NCBI RefSeq assembly: GCF_009914755.1
Contig: NC_060932.1
Direction: 5' to 3' (one strand)
DNA from: the human T2T-CHM13v2.0 reference genome, Homo sapiens
Length of the DNA: 64,000 nucleotides
In this document: positions 46,336-63,110 of the stretch, piece after piece
How positions within the stretch are numbered: position 1 is the stretch's first letter
How the letters are laid out: each line of letters opens with the position of its first letter
Translations under genes and position numbers: made by a program
The notes under the pieces: model-generated
Told to the model about the DNA's origin: nothing
Databases searched by the model: none
Seen by the model: the letters and a program-made list of their open reading frames with translations, nothing else

Positions 46336-47397
46336 TGCTCCTTGACTTTGAGTATGTTTTGTCAAGTGCTTGGCATATGGTAGGCGTTCAATAAATGAAC
46401 GACGACAATAAAATTGCGGCACGGTCTCGCCATCCTAGTAGCTAGATACAGACTTTCCACAGAACTTAAGATGATGGTGTGATGGCATTCTTAGCAATTC
46501 TGGACAACTCATATTAATTAAAACATTTCACTCCATGTTTATAAAATATTTCTCTTTATAAAAACATTAAACAAGTAAATATTAAACAAATGTTATAATT
46601 AAAGAACACACTTAGGGACTTCAAAAAAATTAATTAGATTTATATTTCAGTCTCTTCTCAGTAACTTTAATTCTCATGATACTTCATCTTTGTCTTCTTT
46701 TAATCCCCATAGAAATGACCCTAGTTTTGATTTGATTGAGTGCTACCTAGGTACCTGGTGCTGTCCACTCAATGTATGATCTCATTTACTTTTCCCCGGG
46801 AACTCTATGAGGTAAGTTCTATTAATATCTCCCTTCAAAGACACAGGAACTAAGGCTTTTTTTTATAAAGTAAATGGCTTTTCCGGCATCTCACAGCCAG
46901 ATAATGTAAAATCCAGTCTTGGAGCCCGAGGTCATGTTCTATCATTTGTCTCTGCTTCCTAGGTTAGTTTATTACAGAAACTCTGTACATTTCTTTCAGA
47001 TATTAAATTTTAGTTAAAAGTAAATTCTTACTGATTTTCCCTACTCTTACCCAAATTCAACACATACTGATTGCATATTTACTGTATGCAAGGCATTGTG
47101 CTAGCGATAGTGTGGAGGACATTTAAATGTGCAAAAACTGGGGAACTCCTGCCAGGATTTTCTGCTCTAGAAATGAGCTGGGGATGGTAGAAACATTATT
47201 TACCTCACTGTAATACAAGACAAGACCAACTAAGGTGAAAACAAACATTCGTTGATATTCTATTATGTGTCACGAACCTTGGATACTTTATGTGCATGAT
47301 CTCAGTTGATTTTCTGGTTTTATGGAGAAGGCATCAGAGGCCCAGTTTTCTTAATCATTTGCTCAAGGTACACATGTAGGAAATGGGAGAATCCTAC

Positions 47398-47912
47398 TGT
47401 ATTACTCAGGGTTCTCTAGAGAAACAGAACCAATAGAAGAAGTAGAGATATATAGAAAGAGATTTATTATGAGGGATTGACTCACATGATTATGGAGTCT
47501 GAGAAGTCCCCTAATTAGCCACTGTAAAGATGAAGGCACAGGACAGTTGATGGTATAGTTCCAGTCCAGGCCTGAAGGCCTAAGTACTGCAGAAGCCAAT
47601 AGTCTAAGTCTCAGTCTGAGTCCAAAGTTCTGAGAACCAGGAGAATTGATGTCTGAGTGCAGAAGATGGATATCCCAACTCAAGCAGAAAAGAATGTGTC
47701 CTTCCTCCACCTTTTGGCTCCATTCGGGTGCTCAATGAATTGGCTGATGCCTGCACACACTGGTGAAAGTGAATCTTCTTCACTCAGTCTCCTGATTCAA
47801 ATGCTAATCTCTTCCAGAAATACCCTCACGGACACACCCCAAAATAATGTATTACCAGCTATCTGGGCATCCCTTAGCCCAGTCAAGTTGACACATAAAA
47901 TTAACCACCATA
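47398..47912 (-). mobile_element. MLT2B-like ERVL solo LTR
   Basis: tgtattactcagggttctctagagaaacagaaccaatag...cagtcaagttgacacataaaattaaccacca; TSD cctac/ccaac. Confidence 0.88.
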
Positions 47913-48335
47913 CCAACACACCAGGATTTGAACCTTGGCCTTTAATGCCTACCTCAGAGATAAATACAAGTTCAAAGGGATGAAACATCACTTGAGTTTT
48001 AGGGGATGAGCAAAAGCATGATTGAAGGAGAGATGGCATTTGGAATCACTGAAAGATGGAAAGACTGAATCAGGGATCAAGTAGAGAGGGCATTCCAGTG
48101 GAGGAATAGCAATGTGAACAAAGGGTAGAAGCTGCACTTGAGCTGTATGTTGGAAGAAGGGTAAAGAGTGTATCGAATGGAGGGTAGGATGTATGCAAAA
48201 TATGCAGGAAATATGCTTGGGGGGTGGCAGTTGGGCTTCCACCAAGGAAGACTTTCTCTTGATAGGTGATGGGAAGATATTAAAGGTGTGGGGCAGACCA
48301 GTGATGTAACTAGGGCTGCTTCTTAGGAAAATTAA

Positions 48336-48725
<390 letters not shown>

Positions 48726-49927
48726 TAGGAGGTCAGCCACTCAGCTTTGTCTCAGAACAAATCACTGAATCCCGATATCCTGTCCTGACTCTGTTGGCCT
48801 CCATCAGCCTGAATTGTATTGCCCCAGCTTATCTCATCTATTCATTCATTCCAGTGTTTATTGAACTCCACGTGCTGTCAGACATTGTGCTTGGTGCTGA
48901 AACTACAGGAATGATACGCCACAGCCTCTCCCCTCCTGAGCTCACAGAGAAGCAGGGTGACACTTGATGGCAAAGTGATGAGATCAGTGCTGGGAAAAGC
49001 CCAGCAAAGTGCTGTGGAGACTGCGGCCCCGGGAAGTCTACAGGGAAGGCTTTCATGGCAGGAAATGTAGGCCTTAGCATAAGAGTTCAGTTTTCCATAA
49101 GAAAAAAAAATGGAGTGTCCAAGATTTACACCCTTTCTTGAAGGAACTAGAAAGGGATGCAGTGGCCCAGAGAGGAGGCAGTCTTCCCTTCATGACTCTC
49201 TGCAGGCTGAGGATAGCTGCTGAGGCAGCCTTGATTCTAACAGGATGCCAGCTAAGGACGGAACCAAAGTGGAGCAGTCACTCAGGGCCACAGCTGGGCC
49301 ACAGGCCGAGGGGTCCCTACTGGGAGGGGAAGGGAAGGGTCCCAGCCAGTTGCCCTTGGCAAAAGGCAGGGGTCAGTCATGTTGGCAGCACATCAGAAAT
49401 TCATTAAAATAGTTAAATGGACATAAGCATTCACAGTCTCTTGGCAACAAGTCCTTCCTTCTTCCAGTTCTAGTCTGTGCCCAGAGCTGGGATGGATGGA
49501 TGTGTGTGGCGTGGGTCGGGAGGTGGGGTGTTAGATGTATCCGTCTTTTGGCCTGGTTTTGGTAGAAATTCAGTGGCTGGGGTGGGGAAAAGGCTTTTCT
49601 CCTGCTGGCAGCGAGTTGGGTGACCGCTCCTCTCTGTTGGATTCCTATTCTCCTTGCTGCCTGGGGTACCACTCCGGGTCTTCGGGCTGGTCCTGCAGCT
49701 TTCACTCGGCAGACAGACTCTGTGTGCCTTCTGCACTCTGAAGACAGAGGACAGCCCTCCACAGTGACTTCTGACAGACATTTCTGTTTTGGAGCTGCTT
49801 CCTTTGGCATTTGACAAAGTCAGCAGATGAACACTGTTTTCATGGGTCCAAGGAATTTTGGCTCCCAAGGGGATTTTATAACAGTCCACTATCTTTTGGT
49901 TGTTTTCCTTATTTTTAAGAATAATAT

Positions 49928-50369
<442 letters not shown>

Positions 50370-50374
50370 CTAAA

Positions 50375-51565
50375 AGCAACCAGGCCTCTTGGAGAAATGG
50401 CTGATTTCAAGGCTCAGAAAGTACAAGATAAATCTGGAACATCATGTTGTGTCAGAAAGACAGGGAGTGCTCAAAATATATTATGGAGCCTGTCAAAAAG
50501 ATACAGGAGCCAACTTGAAGGGCTCCTACTGGCCAAATTGAGGACAATTTGGAGCATCAAAATAAATATGGACAGTAATGGATTATAATCCATTGATGAA
50601 AATAAGACTATGAGCCCATTTCGATAATAAATAAATAAATGATAATTAATTCCTCATAATTAATAAACATAGAATGATTACATTAAACATCATTTGGCAA
50701 GTTTCATCAATGAATTCTAAATTGAAGATGGGGAAGAAGTCAGATAAGGGATTGAAAATGTACAATAGTCTCAAAGTATCTTCCCTCAAATTATCTATTA
50801 GGTACATAAGGAGAAACAGAAGGCATACTATGGGAAAAGCACAAATGTTAGCTAGATGATAAAAGTTAATATCACTCCTAAGGGACAAAAAGACATCACA
50901 TATCTCTAGATGTGATACCTTCAGAAGGATACAACAGCATTTATGTAATATTTCAGACAAAAATACATAATGTGATTCCAATTATGAGGAAGTGTCAGAC
51001 AATCTAAATTGTCTATAAAATAATAGTCCTGTGTTTTTAAAAACTGTGGCTGTCATAAATGACTAAGAAAAACCAATGGACTCTTGCAGATTGAGAAGAC
51101 AAAAAGATGTGACAACTAAATGGGATGCGCTGTGCTGAACTGGATTCTGGACAAGGAAAAAATAAATTCCTATAGAGGACAAATGGGGACAATTGATTAA
51201 GTTGGAATATAGACTGTAGCTTAGATAAAAGCATTGTATCAATATTATATTTCTGGAATTTGCTAATGGTTCTGTAGTTATGTAAGGGAGTATTTTTGTT
51301 CTTAAGAAACGCATATTGAAATATTAAGAGATAAAAGGCATGATATTTGTAACCTACTCTCAAATGTTTCATAAAAAAAGACTTATGCAAGCACAAATGT
51401 AGGTAGAACGTGGAGCCTGTGCTAGAGAGAAATAATAACAAATAAAACAGTGTGTTAACAATTGGTGGGTCTGGGGGAAGGGGATACGGAGTTGTTTGCA
51501 GTATTGTACTATTCTTGAAACTTTTCAGTAGGTTAGAAATTATTCCAAAATAATACATTCTAAAA
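50375..51565 (+). mobile_element. L1MC-type 3' region
   Basis: cttggagaaatggctgattt...aaagatacaggagccaacttgaagggctcc...tactattcttgaaacttttcagtaggttagaaattatt. Confidence 0.75.
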
Positions 51566-51592
51566 ACAACAACAACAACATTGGAGTTACCA

Positions 51593-51906
51593 ATTTTTTT
51601 TTTTTTTTTTTTTTTTTGAGATGAAGTCTTGCTCTGTCGCCCAGGCTGGAGTGTAGTGGTGTGATCTTGGCTCACAGCAACCTCCGCCTCCCGGGTTCAA
51701 GCAGTTCTCCTGTCTCAGCCTCCTGAGTAACTGGGGTTACAGGCGCAAGCCACCATGCCTAGCTAATTTTTTTTTTTGTATTTTTAGTAGAGACAGGGTT
51801 TCACCATGTTGGCCAGGCTGCTCTCAAACTCCTGACCTCAGGTGATCTTCCCTCCTTGGCCTCCCAAAGTGTTGGGATTACAGGCATGAGCTACTGCACC
51901 CGGCCT
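51593..51906 (-). mobile_element. Alu (AluSx-like)
   Basis: TSD tggagttacc(a/t)attttt. Confidence 0.92.
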
Positions 51907-52145
51907 GGAGTTACCTATTTTTTAAACACTCAGCTGTGACAAAAAGAACACCTGTAATTTTATTAACATCAGGTGATCCTTGTTTACACCATGGTGGCGC
52001 TCAATCCAGAATTGCTTTTCAAACAAAACTGGAATTAGAATGATGCCAAAGTTTTGCTAGTAAAGCAAAGTATTGCCCATGGCTTTTCTCTGTACACACA
52101 CATACATACACGTGGTTTATAATTCATCATAATTATTAACACAAA

Positions 52146-52430
52146 GGCCAGGTGCAGTGGCTCACGCCTATAATCCTACCACCTTGGGAGGCCGAGGCGG
52201 GTGGATCACTTGGAGCTCAGGAGTGGGAGACCAGCCTGGGCAACATGGTGAAACCCAGTCTCTACTAAAAATACAAAAATGAGCCATGCCTGTGGTTCCA
52301 GCTGCTCGGGAGGCTGAGGCAAGAGAATCGCTTGAGCCGGGAAGTAGAGGTTGCTGTGAGCTGAGATTGCACCACTGTACTCCAGCCTGGGGAAAAGAGT
52401 GAGACCCTATCTCAAAAAAAACAAAAAACA
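52146..52430 (+). mobile_element. Alu (AluS/J-like) with a small deletion after the linker
   Basis: Alu dimer with A tail. Confidence 0.9.
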
Positions 52431-52529
52431 GTGTCTATCATTATTTGTATTATTCAATTTCATTGAATTGCCTTTATTTATCTAATCAATAGTTGCCAAA
52501 TGTAGGTTTTTTTTAATCCCAGTTTTCTC

Positions 52530-52845
52530 CCCTTCTTCTTTTTTTTTTTTTTTTTTTTTTGAGACAGGGTCTTGCTCTGTCACCTAGGCTGGAGAGCAGT
52601 AGAGATCACGGCCCACAGCAGCCTCGACCTCCTGGGCTCAGGCGATTCTCTCACCTCAGCCTCTAAAGTAGCTGGGACCACAGACACATACCACCATGCC
52701 CAGCTAATTTTTTAAAATTTATTTTTGTAGAGATGGGGTCTCCCTATGTTGCCCAGGGCTGGTCTCAAACTCCTGGGTTAAAGTGGTCCTCCTGCCTCAG
52801 CCTCCCATAGTGTTGAGAATACCGGTGTGAGCCACTACGCCTGGC
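52530..52845 (-). mobile_element. Alu (AluJ-like)
   Basis: Antisense full-length. Confidence 0.9.
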
Positions 52846-53660
52846 CTTTTCTCACTATTAACAAGGCTTCTGAGAATATGCTTGTAGATAAATCTCTGAG
52901 CACAGCTATGAACTTGTCCTTAGGATAAATTACTAGACATGAAATACCTAGATCAAAGGGCTAACATATTTTTAAAGCCTTTGCCATGAGTGAAAAATTT
53001 TCAAACTTCCTTCCCAAAAGTTTATGCCAATGCATTGCCTCACCAGTTTTTTATGAGATTATCTATTTTCAATTCCCTTACCTCCAATCGTATTGATTTT
53101 TCACCTTTCATCTTTGCCAAATGCAATGAAGGGAATGGTCTCCACTTTGCGGTTCTAACCTGTAGTTCTTTGATTATTCCTGAGAGTGAACCTGAGCACT
53201 TGTGTTTCTTCTTTTTCCAATGATAGCTACTAATGTATTTCATCAAATCGAAGGACACACTGGTTGTAAGACATATCACCATTATTTTATGTGCCATTAA
53301 AGAAAGAAGAGTGCACACGAATTTCTGAAATGTTGAAACATATGCACTTAGAATTTGTAAAATAAGTACTTTAAAAAGTACCTCTGAGATCTGTGGTCTG
53401 ACAGCTCAGATTCAGGTCAAGAAATGAGGCTGCCTGGGGCCCTGTGCGATTGGGCAAGTTGCTTAACCTTCAGGAGGATTCACAAAGTCCTTTGGGATTT
53501 TTCAGAACCTAAGAGGCATTATTAAAACAAAGATAATAATACCTTTCCCGACCAACTTGTTTTTCACTTTTCCTAATGTTTACTAAACACCGATGTTCTG
53601 TGTCATTCCCAGTGTCTGCACATGAGGAGTTTGCGATTTAATGGGGAGACAAACAGATAA

Positions 53661-54112
<452 letters not shown>

Positions 54113-56902
54113 CAGGTGGGTATTTTTAAGACGTGCATAGGGGATGGGCATTTGGGGCAGAGGGAAGAGTAGGGACAGTGAGGTAAAGGAAGCTTAAGTG
54201 TTTCCTGGGAAACAGGGAGTGGTTCCCAGGAGGTGGGAAGCTGCAGAAGATGGGGCAAAAGATGAGATGGGACATTATCAACCCCATTTGGTTGATGTAG
54301 AAACTGAGGCTCAGACAGACAAGGTATGCAATGTTCTAGGGCCCCATAGAAAAGGAGTACTACATGGTGTTGGATTTATCTCTTTGTGCATCTGGCTCTC
54401 CACTCCTGCCCAATGATGAGATCTTTAAGAGAAGAAGGCACCATCTTTTATTCTAAGTACCTAGCACAGTCAGGTCCCATTATGGATATTGCCATACCTA
54501 CTTGTTGAATGAATGAGTCAACTATTACAGAAGTGACGAACGTCGAGTCCCCTTCCTGCAGCCCACAGGTCTGAATGAGTTCAGGGTCAAAGAACTGTTT
54601 ATATCATTTCTGTCCAGGTATTTCCTAGAGGCCTACACTGCCCAGTCCCTGGTCCTATCTTGCCTGGATTGTGCAAGGAAGTGGCTTCACTGGTTTAACC
54701 ACTCTAAATTGAAAGCCTGCTCAGCCTCCGAGAAGGCAACCTGAGTTGGAAGGACAGGCAGTAGTACCTTTTAGGGCCTCAGGGTGAGCACAGGTAGGCC
54801 TGTTCCTAGAACCACCTCTTCCTGCTGAGACTTCCCTAGAACAGTGACTCAAGGCATTTAGGCAAATCTTGTTTCCAAGGTAATTTGCCTAATGAAAAGG
54901 GTGAGTAAGGGATTTATGAACTGTAAAAGGCTGTGCAAACAGGAGAGATTACCATTTGGTATTGCTACTAATCTCATGGAAAGAGAGTTCTAACAGGGAC
55001 CTTAGTAATCACTTTGTCCGTTCTCTATCTCCATTTTGGAGATGAGGACAGTGAAGCCAAAGAGGAGAAGGGGCTTGGCTAAAGTTATCCAACAGGCAAG
55101 GAGACCCAGGAAGTAGAGCACACTGGTAAAAAGCTGGCACACCTGGGTAGAGAAATGGGTCACATCTCAGCTTCACCCATTATGAGCTGCGGGGAGCCTG
55201 GGAAGGTGAATAAGTTCTCTAAGCATCAGCTTCTTCATTTATAAAATGGAATAATGATAATTAATTTAGGGGTTGTTGTAAGGATTGAATAAGGTAGCAA
55301 GTGAATGGAAAGACCTTTATATGTACCTGGAATGTAGAAGGTGATGAATAAATGTTAGGTGTTATGACTTTGCTACTATTATTATTTATTATTATATATA
55401 TTGGCAGAGGTGGGCTAGGATACATGACCTCCTGACTCCCATTCTGGTTTCTGCAGTCACCAGACTCCTGGAGTTCAGCATATCAGACTAAGTTTACTAC
55501 GGCTTCATTCATTCATCACATATTCAATGAGTGCCCTTTATGTATTAAGCAAAATGCTAGTTACTGTATGTGTTGGGGTGGTGACAGGGAGTGGGCAGGT
55601 GATAAGCAAGAGGTATAAACATGAAACCAACATGGTCCATGCTGTCAAGATGAGTATAGCCTGGAGGGATTAGAAGTGGAAGGGAAAGGAGGAGCTACCC
55701 CTATGTACAAGAGGCAAATCACCTTACAAGGTAAAATTGATTCTGGAAGTCATTTTGGGAGATCAAGGAGCCATTCAGAAACCTGAGTAGGTCCAAGCCA
55801 GTTCAACATCTTCTGGGATCAAAACAAAACCCCACACACAGGACAAAACCTCCACACACAACACTCCTGGTTCTGATGGCAGATTTTCATTCCCCAACCC
55901 AGAGGCTAGAGGACCTAAATGGCCCTGTCTGGGGAATTGAAGGAAACCAGGACTCTCCCTTTTGGGGAACCCAGCTCCACACTGTCACCAGTTCTCCTTT
56001 TTGAAACAGAAATGTGCTTCTCTGTGCAGAGCAGCAGGCATCCATGGAAGAATCAGATCGGGACAACATCTGTCTCTGCCCTTGGGAGAGGTGAGATCAT
56101 GTTTGTGTGAGGATTGGAGATAAGGCTTTAAACAAGGGGCCTGGGGCGGCTGTCCATCAGCCACCACGTCAAGGTCAGACAGCATCAAAGTCAGGGAGGC
56201 ATCTAGAAATGAACATGCAGCAGGTTCTCTAAAAGCAGCAATGAAAATGACTCAAAATCAAGAGAGGAAAGAGAGGGGGAAAAAAAACAGGCTATGAGCC
56301 AAACACTTTCATAGACACCATCTAATTTAGTCTTTACCACAATCACCTTTTACAGATGAAGACACCAAAACTTAGAAAGAGGAAGAAACCTGCCCCAGCT
56401 AATTGATGGTGGAACCCAAACTTAAACCAATACCTTGAAATTAACACCTGAGAAAAGAGCAAGGGATCTCTGGACTGATTCTTATGCCCCACCAAACCAG
56501 AATAATGAGAAGCAAAAAGCATACTGTCCAGTGGAACACGATTTCTTCTTCCAAATCCAGCTTAAATAGCACTTCTGCTGCCTGATCACTCTCATCAGAA
56601 CAACCACTCCCTATTCCGAATTTCTTTAATCAAGTTTTTTTTTTTTGTTAAATATTTTTACTATGTTTATGGCACCTACATCCAGACCTAACTGCTTGCC
56701 TTTTTAGCAAGGGTTCTCAGACAGGAGAAGGGCTATGCGGAAGTGGACGTGCTTCTAAAGTGGAAGGACAGTGCATCCTGCTAGAAAGAGCAAGAGATAG
56801 CAATTCAGAAAGACATGCATGCAAATCCCAGCTCCACCACCTGCCAGCTGTATGATGCTGTGCCCTTATTAACTCTTCTCAGGTTCCTCATCTTTGTTTT
56901 GC

Positions 56903-57725
<823 letters not shown>

Positions 57726-59926
57726 AGTTTCTACATCTTAAAATGGAGATCTGAATATCCTCTTTACAGGTTGTTCTGAAGTATTTTAGAGATAAAACAC
57801 TTAACACTCCTAGGACAGTACCTCTTATGTGGAACCTCCTTTCCCCTTGCTGTGTGTTTCCATGTGGAGGGACATCGATGCATGTAACACTCCTGGCTCC
57901 TTTCTGGTCCTGTGCTCAGGATTCCGCAAGGAGGAATTACCTCCTTGGCAAATTTGGGAGTAGGAAATGGGCATAGGTACACCTGCCTCCTATCTACGTT
58001 TCCTTTGGAATTCAGCTGCCACCAGAAGCACACATTCTGCCCTGCTCCTCCATACGTTATGTGTTTCTGGGGAGGCACACTACATGGGAAGGTCAGCATT
58101 TTTCCACTACTGCCCAGTACCAGGTGCAAGTCAGGCTGATTCTGGTCAGCAGAAGCCTGTTGTTGCCTTAAACCTCACCTGAGCTCTCCAATGCTGTCTC
58201 TCCCATTTTGTTCTCCACCTGCCAGACTCCTCTCTTATTTTAAATGGTTTGGAACAGGGTGGGGACTACAAGAAGGTGGTGATGGGTATCCTTTAGAAAC
58301 CTGCTCTAATCTCAACATGTTCCACATCAGGCTTTCAATAAATAGGAACTGTCATTTGCACCAAAAGTAAACTTCTTGTATTTGTAGTGCTGACTCTGCC
58401 CCTTCTATGTCCTCTCTTAGGCAACTCCCTCAGCGCTCCCCACCCCGAGCTGATGTTCTTTCCCACCACTCCCAAGACACTTCCTAGCAGTGTTGACCGG
58501 AGCTCAGTCATCAGCAAGTGTCTTGCTGGGACACTTCCTTAAGCCCTGCCCCAGAAAAGTAAACTTCCCTTTCCAAGAAGCAAGATACATATTCCTTTTG
58601 ATGGAAGTTTTTTATGGTAGGTTCTCAGCTCCTTGTTCTTTGTAGACGTAGACTCTCTGGTGCATCTATAAGGCGCTCTGCTTGCTTTCCTGTTAATATG
58701 AGAACATGGAGGTGATAGAAGGGTTACTTTTCAGAACTCAAAGGGGCTTCCCTGCTAATCTCCACTGTTTGTAAAAATGTGAGATTTAGCCAAAGCAGTA
58801 GTGCTAATAGTTAATTAACTAGCAGGAGAACCATGGAGCAGTGGGATTTAAATACCCATGTGCACACCTGCACTCCCCTTTTAAATTCCCCAAGATCCTG
58901 CATTTGGAAAATGACATGGAGGAAACCCATAGCAACCTTTATGTGGATTGAGGTATTATAAGTGATTTTGAACTTCTTCAGATATCTCGATGTTTTAAAA
59001 TAAATTTTCTACGATGAGTATGTTTTAATTTTAAAATCAAAAGAAAAAGGGATTAAACATAAAACTCACCTGAAAAAACATATGATTTGGAGAGATGCAA
59101 AATAATTCCAGAGCCTTTGATAATGCTTATGGGGTACCTAGTATGTACGAGGCACTGTGCCATTTGCTGTGGAGAGGGCAAGGTGTGTAAAACACGGTCC
59201 TTGCCCTGAAAGGGATGAGGCAACATGAACAACTACCTCCTGAATTTGTAAGTTGCAGTGGTTGAGCTAGGGTGATCTGCAAGGATGCGGGTGTGACTTA
59301 TAGGTAGTGTCTGTTTAGCTCAACAAATTTTTACGGAGGATCTATGTGGCAGGTCCTGTCTTAGATGTTGAGATATGTTCATCCATAGAAACAGAAAGAA
59401 AATTGGTGGTTACCAGGAGCTGGGGGGAGGGGGAAATGGAGACCTGACTGCTTAACGGGTACGGAGGTTATTTGGGTCGGGGGTGATGGAAGAGGTGGTG
59501 GTTGCACAACACTGTGAATGTACTAAACGCCACTGAATTGAACACTTTGCAATGGTTAATTTGATGTGTTAGAAGGGCGGAAACTTGATCCTATGTGAAC
59601 CCCCCTAGTTATCATCTGTCTCCTGAATGACCCACGTGTCCTGAATGTCAGTCCATATTCACTGTTTGTGCTCCTTTGCTCCTGTTCACTCTGAACTTAC
59701 TGTAATCTGGCTTCTTTGTCCCCATCACTTCCCTGAAGCCACTACTAACTACATAATTATCAAATCCAATGACCATTTTTAAATTCTTTTAATAGTCCTT
59801 ATCGGACTAATACACCCAAGTACGCTTTGGGCATCTCCACTTACATGTCCAATTCCAGAGGCCTCACTTTTTCATCTGTAAAATAAAAAAGGACCCATCT
59901 CATAGGGCTGTTGTGAGGATTGAGCA

Positions 59927-60633
<707 letters not shown>

Positions 60634-61075
60634 TGAATGAACTACAGCTTGTACCCGGCTTAAGAGAGAACTCAGCATATGTAAAGTGCTCTCTAAATGG
60701 TAGCCAATGTGATTCTTGTCATTTGTTTTATTACACAATTTGTGACTGTTTTAGAAAAGTCAGGAAAGACACATTTTAAATGCACCTTTGTATGATTTTT
60801 AGGGTCGCATTATTTAACCGAGGAACATGGACTTGAGGGATGCCCGTGCAACATGGTTTACTCATAAAATTACTGTGTTTGGCATAAATTCAGAACTGAG
60901 AGCTGGAAAAGAACTAAAAAACTTTGAGTTAAAAAGTATAAAAATTTCAACTTACTGTAGTATTGCAGGTGAGCGCAGGAAGTTGGAGGCAGCTCTTCAC
61001 CAGGGGCTGGAGAAGTAACAGGAAGGATCACAGTGGGTGGTGCTGTGCAGTGGTCAGAAACAGCAACCTGGAGTG

Positions 61076-62138
61076 CTGTCATGCACTGCAAAATGACGTG
61101 CTGGGTCAACAACGGACCCGTGTGCCACGGTGGTCCCATTAGATTACGATGGAGCTGAAAAAGTCCACCTAGTGACGTAGCCACAGTACATAGTGCAAGA
61201 CATTACTTGTGCGTAGTGATGCTGCTGTAAACAAACCTACTGTGCTGCCAGTGGTATACAACAGAGCAATACAATCATGTGCAGTACAGAATACTTGATC
61301 ATGATAGTAAACAACTATGTTACTGGTTCGTGTATTTACTATACTTATTATTGTTATTTTAGAGAGCACTCCTTCTTCTTATACAAAAAAGGTAATGGTA
61401 AAACATCTTCAGACAGGTTCTTCAGGAGGTGTCCTGAAGAAGGTGTTGTTATTATAAATGACAGCTCCATGCGTGTTATTGTCCCTGAAGCCCTTCCAGT
61501 GGGACAAGTCGTGGGGGTGGAAGACAGTGATATAGATGGTTCTGACCCCATGTAGGTCTAGGCTAACATGTGTGTTTGTCTCTTAGTCTTTAACAAAAAG
61601 TTTTAAAAAGTAAAACAATTCTTAGAAGTAGGGAAAATCTTATAAAATAAAAATATAAAGAAAGGAAATATTTTTGTACAGCTGTTCAATGTGTTTGTGT
61701 TTTAAGCTAAGTGTTAATACAAGAGTCAAAAAGTCTACAGTAGTGGACAGTAATGTCCTAGACCTTCACATTCATTCACCACTCACTTGCTGACTCACCC
61801 AGAGCAGCTTCCAGTCTTGCCTGCTCCATTCATGGTAAGTGCCCTACGTAGGTGTACCATTTTTTGTTATTTTTATACTGTATTTTTACTGTAGCTTTTC
61901 TGTGGTTAGATACACAATAGTTACCATTGTGTTACAATTGTCTATGTTATTCAGTACAGTAAACTGCTGTACAGATTTGTAACCTGGGACCAATAGGCTA
62001 GACTATATAGCCTAGGTGTATAGTAGGCTAGACAATCTAGGTTTGTGTAAGTACACACTATGGTGTTCACACAAGGATGAAATTGCCTAATAATGCATTT
62101 CTCAGAGCAGATCCCCGTTGTTAAGCAACACTTGACTA
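61076..62138. mobile_element. Tigger3/Golem-family non-autonomous DNA transposon
   Basis: gtcatgcactgc...ggtggtcccattagatta start; taatgcatttctcagagcagatccccgttgttaagcaacacttgact end. Confidence 0.8.
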
Positions 62139-62150
62139 TATGTATATTCC

Positions 62151-62512
62151 TGTATTTGTCTGTTCTCACACAGCTAATAAAGACATACCCGAGACTGGGT
62201 AATGTATAAAGAAAAGAGGTTTAATGGACTCACAGTTCCACATGGCTGGGGAGGGCTCACAATCACGGTGGAAGGAAAGGGAAAGCAAGACATGCCTTTC
62301 ATGGTGGCAGGCAAGAGGGTGTGTGCATGGAAACTCCCCTTTATAAAACTACCAGATCTCCTGAGACTTATTCACTATCCCAAGAACAGCATGGGAAAAA
62401 CCCGCCCCCATGATTCAATTACCTCCCACCAGGTACCTCCCACAACACGTAGGAATCATGGGAGCTGCAATTCAAGATGAGATTTGGGTGGGGACACGGC
62501 CAAACCGTGTCA
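62151..62512 (-). mobile_element. THE1 solo LTR
   Basis: TG...CA termini and THE1 motifs. Confidence 0.9.
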
Positions 62513-62671
62513 GTACCCTTGTAAGATATAGAATATTCTGTCATGTGTATGTGTGTGTATGCATGTATTTAATGAATAGAATATTACTGTCCTCCAGATC
62601 CCATCCTGTTTCTTTTTCATTTCCCAAAGCGCCGTTTCCGTGATCTGCATTACTACACATATGTATTTGTA

Positions 62672-63110
62672 TCTGTCATGGTCCAGGCAGGGAAAAGATG
62701 GACACACACATGTTGCATAGTTGGAGAATTAGTGAAAGGTCTATTTACAGAGGTGTGGTCAGGGTTAGGGAAAGCACCCAATGACGGTGAGGTGCCCTGG
62801 AGCTAGGAACAGCCATGGGACCTAACCATGTCCTGGTCTGTAAAGGCCAACTCCATTGAGAGAGCCACCTGGAAAGGGCCACCTCACAGGAGCTGTGGGG
62901 ATACAGCCATCAGCTGCCCCCAGGGGAGGACCTTGCTCCCTGGCAGGGAGGGAGGGAGGGGTGTAAATACTCTGGTTTCCCTTTCCTGCCACCTTCTGGA
63001 TCTCCTGACGGTGCTTCCCATTGCCCAAACCCAATCAGAAGGCAAGGAGCTAACAAGCGCATGGATGCACACCCTGCAGATGAGCCCCCAGGGACCAGAC
63101 CTGGGCTGAG
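62672..63110. mobile_element. Ancient ERVL-type LTR; related fragments at ~9197-9500 and ~40880-41130
   Basis: All three share caggaaacagatggc-like starts followed by actatttacagaggtgtgggcagggt-like motifs. Confidence 0.5.

Noticed and set aside
51037-51675. 212-aa minus-strand ORF
   Set aside because: Spans an Alu tail and antisense L1MC sequence; a chance open frame.
51980-52003. CTCF-like motif caccatggtggcgctc
   Set aside because: Only the 3' half matches the consensus; too weak to support from sequence alone.
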